DNA of 64,000 nucleotides from Phoronis australis. Lineage: Eukaryota > Animalia > Phoronida. The stretch is from assembly GCA_002633005.1 (NCBI GenBank), contig NMRA01000359.1:397992-461991 (forward strand), given 5' to 3'. The notes beneath the pieces were generated by a model that saw only the letters and a program-made list of their open reading frames with translations, did not search any database and was not told where the DNA came from. The translations under genes were made by a program, and so were the position numbers. Below are positions 53,501 to 64,000 of the stretch, one piece after another (position 1 is the first letter of the stretch; each line of letters starts with the position of its first letter).

Positions 53501-55175
53501 TTGAAATGGAGGTACGCACATCCGAAGTTCAAAGGATTTGCCGCACTCCTACTAATACATGTACATGTAGCTGCCGACGTGGAAGTTGAAGTGGCTCTCT
53601 CAAAGTGTATTTGACAGATAAGCCAATTTGAAATAGGATAACATACACGATAAAAATGATACCCGCCGACTCCCCTGCCATCAATGTCGTTTGAACATGC
53701 AAACAAGATAAAACTAAGCGAAAACTTCCTTAACTCGGTCGCACATTTACGTTGCAACTCGAACACATGAATGAAAAAATCGTATGAAAAAATGAGCGTC
53801 TTATCTTGGTTGGGTATTCAATGACTAGCTCTAATTTGGCATGACAGTAAAAATTTCGAAATACCTCGAATTGTGGACATTTTAATGACAAAAGTCAACG
53901 AGAACTAAAAAAAAGGAAAAAAAACCCGGCCACTCGGTTCAGGCCTACGAATTGTGCATCCGCGGAGAATTCCTGTGGACTTTCGTCGCGTTTACTCGGT
54001 TTCAATGGGGTGGACCTTTTTGCCCACTTCGCCGAATTGGGGAGCTCGTTTGAGCCCTCCAAGCCCCCCCCCCGGGGAGCGCTCATGAAATACTTCAACA
54101 TTTTTGCAGAATTCCACGAGTTTTGGGCGATTCAGGTTTGCTCTGTGCGTGGCACTGTTTGCCGTATAACACCCAGTCGCGTGCACAACACTAATTAATT
54201 CGGCTGTGAACCAGGCCGGGATTTGACTCTTGAAACTGCGAGAAAATAATGGTTCTTTTTTGAATAAATGTTTTGTAGCGTGGTATGAAAGACTGTGATT
54301 GACTGTGAACCTGGCAAGTGTCCATTTCAACAAAGCATCTTTTTATAATCACTGCAGACGAAGCTTGAACTGCGATATCCCCGGCGACGCCTGTAGCCAA
54401 ACCCCAGGCGGCACTAAATTTGTGTGTACAGCGCCGGGAAAAACAATTGGAAAACTTAAAAATACCAGCGCTAAATTCAAACACGGAGCACTGAAGTTTT
54501 TTTGTCTTTGTCTTATGCTAGGCTAAGTCCGGGTACACCAGAGCGAGCCAGTGCAAATATGCCGTCACACCTATTTCCGAGCGGAGATTGTCAACCACGG
54601 ATGGGCCCGAGTATTTGTGTTCACTGCAGACTTATGAATTGCAGCACCGTGTAGTGTAATGAAACATTGACACATGTAGTCAAGGATACCGGTATATTTC
54701 TTCGCTTTCTTTCAAATGCAACTTCATTGTTTTCTCATATATCTTCCTTAACTGCATTAAAGTAATATACTCGTCTGAGAGCTTCAAGAAACAATTATTT
54801 GACTTCTGAAGTCATTTTATGAATTATCTGTCTAGCATGCTACTCTACATAGATTTTCTTACAAAAAGATTTGCAGATTTGATTTTCGCAGCCTGGTGAC
54901 GATGCACACATCCTGAATGCAACAAACTTTTTAATGTTTGCTCAGTTTCCTTCATTGCCATCCTTTAAACAAGAAAAAAATAACATGCAAACAGTATGTT
55001 GAAGTGCAAACAAAATGAGCTTTTTACATACATTACATTTTTTCCTGAGAGGTAGGGGACCCCCTCTCTTGACCTCCCCTTCGGCGCGCCTCAGAATCGT
55101 GTTTCGTGCGACACAATCATTTCCAGGAATTGACCGCTACTTCTCATCTCCTAGATGAGTCCCTGGTTGGGGAGC

Positions 55176-55809
55176 TTAGTTCTCCATGAAACCCGCATTT
55201 TGCGATGCCATTTTATTAATTATGGGGGATGATGTGTAAAAGTACCTTTCGTGCATATCTACCACTGCATGGACTGTGCTTTCTGCACGAATGTAAAATT
55301 TTTCGTTAGCTGAGTAGGGCTTCAGTTTAACTACACCTTCTGCTATAGTAATTCTGACAACAAAACGAGTTTGGGGTTCACCTGGAGGTGAGCCTTCCTG
55401 CTCGGTGTGTTGCTCGCTGCTTCTCCCACCTTCTTTGATTTTATCACTGACGCGCTTTTCTTCTTTCTTTGCCACTTCATTATCCTGTGGATCGTAGACA
55501 GGAACAAGGTCCACTTGGTACATAGTAGTAGACACCCTCGGTGTGAAACTGTGTATACAGTTCGTTATAGATGTTCTAAATTGGTCCTTTGTCTTCCTGT
55601 CCATGGGCACACCTTGGACTTTGCCATCATCCGTCACACCAAAATAGAGTATCCCTCCAGAACTATTTAAGAATGCACATAAATACTTTTTAAGCATCGA
55701 CGACAGGTTTCGTTTTCCATCACCCTTCTTCAATTCACAATGCATACCTTCTTCTCTGATGTATTGCTCCCTCACATAACTCTCAGCATCGTCCGGTTTA
55801 AACCACAAC
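55176..55809 (-). CDS. TIR-Schlafen gene, last exon: Schlafen/AlbA_2 ribonuclease-like domain
   Basis: Minus-strand acceptor tattccAG|G at 55811-55810, phase 2. EGMHCELK (ExxxxExK) followed by KYLCAFLNSSGGILYFGVTDDGKVQGV, the AlbA_2 signature AFxN..GG.L..GV.D. C-terminal FYIR strand; stop TAA at 55178-55176. Confidence 0.88.
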
Positions 55810-57270
55810 CTGGAATACATAAATAAATTGCCTATATAATTCGAGTCATTAATTCATAACACAGGTCTTGTAATGCAGCAAATCGTGAGGCTGCTTCATA
55901 TAAACATAAATATTTGCGGCCATATACAAACCATACGCATATGAGCGTCTTCACCTTTCGCTCGAACACATGTCTGTCACAAGATAAGATGTCAGCATCG
56001 ACAAAGGAACGAATCAGCATGCACAAAGGTAATCCGAGAAATACTCTTCACCCGAGTCCGTGGATACGTTTCGTTGTGCACTTACATGCATTTGCAGCAT
56101 GCCTTACAGTACGACTGTTCTCCTCCACAACGAAATTGCAAGCAATACACCTTGCAAGTGAATTGAAGCATTTAACATTCAACAGCCGGAAACAGAAGAG
56201 CAAAAAGATGTACTAAATACACCCGCAGTTCTCAAAAAGTATCGTCTCATGTTATCTCTCTAATAGCGGGTGAACTGTAGAAAACAACAGCTCACGTGAT
56301 GTTATATGTGTGGACGAAAAGTCTTGTTGTCAAAAATGGCGGAGAGCATTGAGAGCAAACATTACAATTGCGTACATGTAGTTATCATAAACATTACATG
56401 TACATGTACTTCCAAAATTCCTTAAGCAGGGAGGTAGGCTGGCCAAGCAGGGGCGGTGAAAATAAATCAATTTTGTTACAGTAACCCGTAGAAGGTCTCC
56501 AAGCAACGCATCGACGTTTCGCTTTGCAAAAGGACTCTGCGTTGTAGGCCACGTTGTACCCCATGTCTTATGAAAACACCACGTATTGAGACGACCAAGC
56601 ACACATGTAAAGACTTAACGGAAATATCCAGCGCAGACAGGAACATACTGTATGTTGAAACTGAAACGGCCAGAGTGGCTTGTCTCCGTCAGACTATATG
56701 TAAACTGATGTTGCGAATGCTTGACATAATTATTAAGAATTATCCATCGGTGTCATTGGCCATGCTGACAAAATACCGTTACACCTGACTACATGTGTAC
56801 AAGCCGCAGTGGCTGGATCACCAAGCGGATCGGTATAGAGGCCACAGAATGGACATTTACCAGCGACGTCAGTGGCGAAAGGGTGTCCCAAAACTATTCT
56901 GGAGATCGATGATTTGTTTACTTATAGATACCTGTAATCATTAATTAAGACAAACCCCAAAAACGAGAATGTGAAACATAACCTAAATCGAGAATTTCCG
57001 AACCTGCTCCGAGGAGCACAACACAAAAAACTGAACAAAATTTTCACACAACATGCAATGGTAAACTTAAAAAGCACATGTGTGTCAGCCACTTTTTCAA
57101 AGTCAGAGTTATTACATGTTTCAGTGAGCAGTCCAACAAGATTTGTCATTTAATATCACTTTTGGTGTTTACAAAAAGAGAGCTTTTGGAAAATTAATTA
57201 CGGAGAGGTGCTGTCTCAGCGGCAAGCCCAAAACAAACAGAGCTCAACATGAGTTTTCGAATGCTAAATG

Positions 57271-59320
57271 GCTAAATCACTTAATAGGAGTCATGAAAGC
57301 CTGGTTTGTCAGACGTTTCCGCCCTATCTCTAAAGGTCCCGTTCACTGCCTGGATTCCTTGCGTCAGGTTGACCTGGTTTTAGAGCGTGAGGTCGTAACC
57401 ATTTATCTCTGTTCAAATTGGGGCATCTGGTTCTAATGTAAACAACTTCATTGACTTTTCTTGAGTACTAGTGTTTTTGTAGTAAGGACTATGGCGTTGC
57501 ACTTGTTGATGGTGTGACCAGTGTTGAGGGTGTGTTCCCCTACGCCTGTGGGTCTGCCCAGTTTAGAGTGTTCCCTCATCCTTGGCCCTGTGGTGCGTTT
57601 GGTTTTCCCTATGCATTGATGAGTGTTGTCCTCCTTGAATACCGTCTGGTATACAACGCAAGACTTCTTGTCAGTGGGGGTAGGTTCCTTTTGGTGAACC
57701 AACTGGCAGATTTGATCAACGTACCGAACTTTGTGTAGATCAAACCTGCCAGTTGCTGAGTTTCTGTCTTACCACTACGTACTTTCAGGGTAACAATCAG
57801 TTTTACCAACAATGCCTTGGAGCGGCTATAGGGTCTCCCGTCTCGCCAGTTGTTGCAGACATCTACATGGAGGACTTTGAAAGAAAAGACTTAGATACTG
57901 CTTCACATCCTCCCCGTACCTTGCTGAGATACGTAATCGATACATTTGTAGTCATACATGATTGCAGCCTCGACAGCTTCTTCGCACCCATCATCAGTAT
58001 CGACAGTCACATGAAATTCACCACGGAACCTGAGATCTACAATAACTGCCATTCCTCGACTTATGCATCCACGTCAACGAAAAGAGTTCCACCAAGAATG
58101 CGGCGTAGCGCAAGCCCGCTCTCACCGATCAATACCTGAACCTTCGCTCAACCCCCCCCCCCGTACAGCACAAACGTTCAGAGCTACGCACCCTCATCAA
58201 CAGAGCTTAGAGCTATGTTACCCTTGACCAATACTGCAGGGACGAAATTTCTCACATCTGCAGTGCTCTAACTGTCAATGATTATGAAACAACACCGACG
58301 TAACTGCAATCAGAACACTGACAGAGACGAGCTCAGACAACAATCCATAATGATTCCCTACGTCAACAATCTTTCTGAACAACGCAACTTCAAATCACAT
58401 GGGTTAAGACATTTTTCAAACCTATCAACACCATCCGGGAAAAGTTGGTTCACCCAAAGGACCCTATCCCTACTGAAAAGAAGTCTGTCATTGTATACCA
58501 GCTGTTATGCAAGGAGGACCCCACTCAACAATACATAGGAGGAACCAAACACACCCTAGGGACAAAGATGAGGAAATACTCCAAACTGGACAGAACACAC
58601 AGGACGGCGACATCCCGTTGCTCCCAATTTGTTCGATTGTATAGCCCAACAACTACTTGGGAAGTTTACCCCCGTAGCCAACAAACTCGATTCTGGCGTT
58701 GATGGTTGGAGGGCCTGCGCTCTTTTGTTTGATAATTGCTCTAATCTCCGATCAGATCGTATCTAGCCTGACTGGGGTGGGCTGATAAAAATGAAAGTTA
58801 AGTTAAGCCAGATATTATCGCACGTTCAGCACCTCCCACGTCTGGAAAAGCTACTGAACGACAGGACGCTGTAATGCAGGCGTATGGGAACACACCCTCA
58901 ACAGTGATTACACCATCGACAAGTGCAACGCCAGAATCCTTGAAAGAGAAGAACACTGGTTCTCAATAACTGTCGAGGAAGCTGTCTACATTAAAATCAA
59001 ATGCCCAACTTGAACAGGGATTAGGAGATACAGCTCCTAGCGGAGTACGACGTCATTCTAAAACAGGGCGTGCGTTCAGTAACGCTAGTACCTACGCTAG
59101 GTCCTAACAAAATCTAGCCATCGCCACGTGTTTTCATTCAAAGTACACGGAAATGTATCGTGTAATCTCGCGAAGTCGTGCCTTTTAACGAGGTCTTAGC
59201 GTTACTGAACGGCAGGCAGGTCAACCTAACGCAAGAAATCCAATCAGTGAACAGGGCCCTTAGTAAGATGACGGAAACGTTGGACTCACGAGGTTTTCAT
59301 TCTTTCTAGTGATTTAGACA
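57271..59320 (+). mobile_element. Decayed, 5'-truncated Penelope-like retroelement with an inverted copy of its 3' end, in intron 2 of the TIR-Schlafen gene
   Basis: RT motifs GAAIGSPVSPVVADIYME and RYVIDTF (57753-58139) and GIY-YIG VIVYQLLCKEDPTQQYIG (58445-). Region ~57271-57725 is the reverse complement of the GIY-YIG/3' end. Stops, frameshifts and nested insertions at ~58605-58880 and ~59064-59220. Confidence 0.85.
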
Positions 59321-59915
59321 TTTTACATCATATTATTCACCGATAGTTTTCTAATGTTTATAAAATCTTTTCCTCTATAATTGATCTGAGTATCAATTAA
59401 TTTTCAAATGATTTAGTGTCATATTTTGACAGTTTTTTAAAGTTGTGTCTGGAATTTAGAAACAGCTTTTTGAGAACTGTTGAACACTTCTAGTCTGTAA
59501 TTCAGTAATCAGGACAACTTAGCTTAAGATTTTCTTTGGCTAACTACATGTATGTCATACTGCTAACGTAGAAAGTGATGAATATCTCAGCTGTAACAAG
59601 CGAATCCTAAAATGCACGGAAGGCACTGCATGTACGCAAAACAATATTTACTAGCATGGGTCAGTAGATTTTAACGTTATTCATGACCATACGCTCGTTA
59701 ATAATATGTTTTTAAACCGGCATTAAACTCGGGCTTTTTTTGTTGAAAAGTTCTGATTTACATGTAGATCAGGGACCGTTATAAAATTGGTGTTGTCTCG
59801 TTCCTTACTCAGTTTAGCGGTGACCTGTCATCTCGGGAAGAACGGACAGCTCCAAAAATGTTCAGACCAAATTATGAGCTTTGTCTGAAGAAAACACGAT
59901 CTATTATTCACTTAC

Positions 59916-60370
59916 CAAGTTCTACGTTCCACAATATCTTTTAATGTAACCTTGGCGTCAGTTGTAAGGTTCCCGTTTTCAGTTTTTTGAAGCGCATACA
60001 AATTAATAGGCGACTTACTCCAGGTGCCAGGAGGTTTGTAAGATTCAACCTTCTCCATATAGACTGGAACCAAAAGACCACCCTTGTATTCGTTATTAAG
60101 ACATAGAGTTTCACTCTTCCAATGATTAGCCCAACGGGAAGATTTAAAATTTGTTGTAACCATAACAAACACATGGTTCGCATTTATTACGAATTTCTCG
60201 TGTTCTTCACAAATGTCATATCCTGGCGTATAATCATTTTTAGACTTCGTAGTAATGTTTCTTCCGCAATCCAACTCGATGGATTCCAATTGATTCCGAA
60301 ACCATTCCATTTTAGCTTCATCTTCGTCAGCGTACACTAAATACACGTCACAGTAGCGTTCTTTTTCATC
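59916..60370 (-). CDS. TIR-Schlafen gene, middle exon: TIR domain
   Basis: Minus-strand acceptor ttttattctAG|GAT at 60372-60371 (phase 0) and consensus donor TG|GTAAGT at 59915 (phase 2). Box-1-like YCDVYLVYADED, BB-loop-like DYTPG, betaC-alphaC VFVMVTTNFKSSRW, betaD LVPVYME. Confidence 0.82.
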
Positions 60371-62491
60371 CTAGAATAAAAAATCATTGAACAAAGAATT
60401 CAAAGCCTATACATGTAGAATACCTATCAATGTCAAGTTATAGGATAAGATCAAGCCACGACATTATCATACAATGTACTACTGCACTCAGATTAAGTCA
60501 CATCAACCTTCATTATGCGTTGAGTTCAAAGCTTCCACAATTGATACATAATTGAATAGCACTGACTGCCTAAATAATTGGTCAACCATAGACGTGACGT
60601 AGCAGCCAACAATAGCCTAAGTAAAAGCATAACAAACCCTGATTTTGAGTATAAACCGATGTTAACGAGATCTCAGTTTTTAAATCTTTGAAACAAAATA
60701 TTCCTCTGTAGACAATCGCCAATCTTCAAATGTCTGTTTCAAGTTCGTCTACTCCCAAAAAGCAAGGGCTGCATACGTTAATGGGCGACTCGAGGCAAAG
60801 ACTGCACAACTCGTGCTACTTAATCTAATCTGTGATAAAATGAGTACTGTGATTGAGCTGAATATTTTTTTACTTTTCCAGAGAAGAACCAATTATACAC
60901 ACAATGCAGTTTTGGGTGAAATGACTAAAACAATATTTAGTATCTTTTTGGCTTCTTCAGTTGACAACATGTGTGCTCTACACGGTGGGGTTATTTACAC
61001 GAAAGGAACGTAATTTGTGAAATAAGAAATAGTTTGGACGCTACACTGAAGACTGATGATTGTTGGAGCTGCATTCCTCCTGTTAAGCTGCCAAAACACA
61101 AGGAAGGTTTTCAGTTTATTTAGTTCTTCCCAAAGGTGTCTCATTCACTACAATAGACAGTTCCACGATTTCATGAACACTAGACACCGTGGCCATATTT
61201 TGACGCGAGCAGGGTAAAATTGGCCAGTTGCCGATTTGGGCAACTGAAAAAAAGACATCAGTATTTCTTCCCGTTGGAAGAAATAAAGACATGGACAGCC
61301 TACTAAGCTGCCAGGTTATACACAAAAGGTATTAGTCTTATAGCAACGTAACTTTGATGGTATTGTGAGGCATAATTTGCCGAAATGCTTCCGGCCAATG
61401 AAGGCTCTATGGCTGTGCAAACCGTAGAGACGGTGGAAGTGTCTAAAATACAAAAGAGAAAAGTGTCTTTGAATGATTGCCTCACCGTACAACAGTGTAA
61501 AATGATTAAATGTGCAGGGGTTGGGGTCGGGGTGTCCGGAACACTGGCCATGAAAAAGAGTTGGATTCTTTTACAAGGTAAAATTTTCATTTTTTAAAGT
61601 TTATCTCATGTTCATAGGTAAATCCTACGATACCTGGGCAACAGATAAGCATTCCACAAGAGTGATATCAGCAACAAGCTATAAAATACACATGGGTATA
61701 AACACACACACAAAAACTTCGCTACGCAAAAAAACATTACATTTTTAACACAGCCTTTCAACACCATCCCTTGTTTACCCTGCCATTGTTGAACTACATG
61801 TGCACAACCCATGTATAGTCGACGTTATGAAAAGGTCAACTCGGTAGCGGCTGTATTGCGAAATCCCTTTTCTATGAAGTCTAGGCCATGCAATATGTAT
61901 GACCTGCTTCAGCAGTGGTAATAAAGTCCACTTACCAATATATAGACGAAATTTTGGCAATGTCTAATATGCCATCTCGTTGAAAGTGAATAATGTTAGT
62001 GCTTCATTTTCAATGCGGGGATCATGGTATCGTCGAGAGATGCCAAAACGGGGTCATTATATTGCGTGGTTATTTACTAGTCCTCAATAAATGAAACTGA
62101 CTGTCCAGGTTAGGGAGATTCATCAATAAATACAACAATGAAACATTTCTAAAGCTATATCCGGCCAGTGCCCATTTTATTGTTATGTCTAATCAGTCAC
62201 CTTCAGTATTTTGAGAATAAAATTAAGGCTTTATCAAGCAGTGTTCGAACCGAGAATAATAAGGCAAACTTAGAGAAAGGTAGCTGCATTGTGAGAAACC
62301 AGACATAAAGATCGAAGAAATTCGTGATTTGTGTGTGTGTGTGTTTGTGTGTTTGTGTGTGTGTGTCCGTGCGTGTGTATGTTTGCGTGTGTATCTACGC
62401 GATACTATTTGAACTGTAACCCGCCGAAGTCTCGACATACAAGGTGTTTGTTAAGACCGTTAGAAGAGGAACCAAGTCAAAAGTGGCCTAC

Positions 62492-62650
62492 CTTTCTCTG
62501 ACTCTGGGTGATATTGAGACCGCTCTTCAACTGAGCCGTGGTGTCATCCAAGGACGCATGTGATTCTTGAGCATGAAGTTGTTGATCCATAGAGGTGTCC
62601 CCAAGCTCTTCTTGAACGCTCAGTTGATCTTCTGGGTATTTGGATGCCAT
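62492..62650 (-). CDS. TIR-Schlafen gene, putative first coding exon: acidic low-structure N-terminus (53 aa, absent from ORF track)
   Basis: gagATGG start context. MASKYPEDQLSVQEELGDTSMDQQLHAQESHASLDDTTAQLKSGLNITQSQRK, then donor AAG|GTAGGC at 62491, phase 0, matching the TIR exon acceptor. Promoter-like motifs lie 50-100 nt upstream. Confidence 0.65.
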
Positions 62651-62697
62651 CTCGTGAGATTGAAGTGTTAGAGAAGGAACGGGACAATGTCAACGAG

Positions 62698-62810
62698 CCA
62701 ATCCAGGCGGAAGTGACGTATGTCACGCACATGCGTTCTGTGAAGAAGGATTTCCTTTCTTTACTTCCTTCTCAAGTTATTCTTTGGCAGAGAATTTCTC
62801 GAATTCAAGA
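62698..62810 (-). promoter_or_regulatory. Putative proximal promoter of the TIR-Schlafen gene: CCAAT box, composite ETS-CRE motif, GAS-like site
   Basis: Read on the + strand: CCAAT 62698-62702, GCGGAAGTGACGT 62707-62719 and TTCTGTGAA (TTCN3GAA) 62736-62744, clustered just upstream of the minus-strand ATG at 62650. Short motifs, no TSS data. Confidence 0.45.
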
Positions 62811-63748
62811 ACTGCGACAGCGGCCTTGGACTAATGTTGACATATGCCTAATTTATTATAATTTGTGCTTAGAATGAGCTTACAGGAAAACACTGCTCTT
62901 TTGACGGCCAAATTTTGCGAAGAGCGCGTTTTTAAAGGCCTATGGTCCGAGTTATAGAAGAAAAAACCTCTTAACGCCGTTTAAGCCGGTTTTTTGATGT
63001 GACATGGAGTTCAAAAAGTTATTAACTTTCAACTTGTGCAAAAAGTTTGAAAAAAATCGTTGTAAATACTACAAACGAATGAAATGTTTACAAAGAATTT
63101 AGTATCCCGACCGCTAAATAGATTATAAACATTACAACAACGCATGCGCAGCCACAGATCTAGAGGTCAACAGAATTTATACAAATGGCGGGGAGAGGTA
63201 GATCTATGAAGTGTACGTCCGAAGGCGAAACGCAGTCGTCCTGCTCTACGAGATTCAGAAAAAGACGTGTTAGCCAGTACAAAAAGCGGCATTACCAACA
63301 AACCTTGTACCTGTAATCGACTCGTTCGATAGGTGAGAAACAATGAGGACAAGACTGAATGTTCGAACTCGTGAAGGTTTTACATTACAACAAATGAACA
63401 ATACCAGGCTTTGGATGGACAAGTATAAGTCAGTAAGGGTGCTGTTTGTGAAATGTTCAATGACTCGTATACACGTTTAGAGCATTCACTGATGGGTGAC
63501 TGATCTCAGTCAGCATACATCGGGCCCGAATCATTTTGAAGAGCCTCAATTCGATTGGCCTTGGTACAAAGCTGTATAATATACAGTCATCATACAGCTA
63601 GCTGGCTGGCTACAATTCAATCAGCTGTTCAGTTTTTGTTCTAATACTACTCTAATACTACTAGTACTAGTAGTAGTACTGATTCACGCTGACCCGGACT
63701 AGTTACACCATGTTAGTGTTTTAACATGTAAACGGTTAAAACTGATAA

Positions 63749-64000
63749 GGCCCTTTCATTCTAACGTCGACATGGCGATGTTTTGGGGAGTTGCAGTCAG
63801 TATGGATGGTTAACTACAGTCCTGAATCGAAGTTAACTGTGCCAGTTGACTTCACAGTAGACAAGCGGAGCGTCGATGCTGTGGTGTACGGTAGTATGAA
63901 TGATTAACTTTGGTTACATCGAAAAAGTTATTGTCAGGGGCCACTGCTATCATCAACAATTACAGGGTAATGTCGTCGCTAAAAGCTGCTCATATTTTGC
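63749..64000. mobile_element. Second, inverted copy of the 1390-1933 MITE, running off the window end
   Basis: TAA|ggccctttcattctaacgtcgac...ttttggggagttgcagtcagtatg matches the reverse complement of ~1690-1907. Confidence 0.7.

Noticed and set aside
61050-61620. Possible extra exon between the first and TIR exons
   Set aside because: No convincing minus-strand acceptor/donor pair with an open phase-0 frame was found, and the flanking exons already join in frame.

Overview
AT-rich, intron-containing animal genomic DNA, probably from a marine invertebrate (inference from gene and repeat content; no taxon can be proven). The window is an innate-immune locus. (1) On the + strand are three tandem paralogous three-exon NLR-type genes with coding spans 11533-19380, 28038-33428 and 43120-48671. 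Each has a CARD exon, a pre-NACHT linker exon and one ~2 kb exon encoding NACHT/HD1/WHD/HD2 plus a ~230-aa C-terminal region with no canonical LRR array. All splice phases (1, 2) close into intact 813/814/801-aa ORFs. All three have Gln in place of the winged-helix ADP-binding His. (2) Convergent on the - strand is a three-exon gene (62650-62492, 60370-59916, 55809-55176) that the ORF track splits into unrelated pieces. It splices in frame (phases 0, 2) into a 415-aa protein: an acidic N-terminus, a TIR domain lacking the canonical NADase Glu, and a Schlafen/AlbA_2 nuclease domain with an intact ExxxxExK motif. This TIR-Schlafen fusion beside LRR-less CARD-NACHT genes is the best candidate for an undescribed system. 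The rest is a tandem-duplication junction (~21970), MITE families with readable target-site duplications, Penelope-like and LINE remnants, a minimal hammerhead ribozyme motif and microsatellites. All gene models were spliced by hand and have no transcript support.
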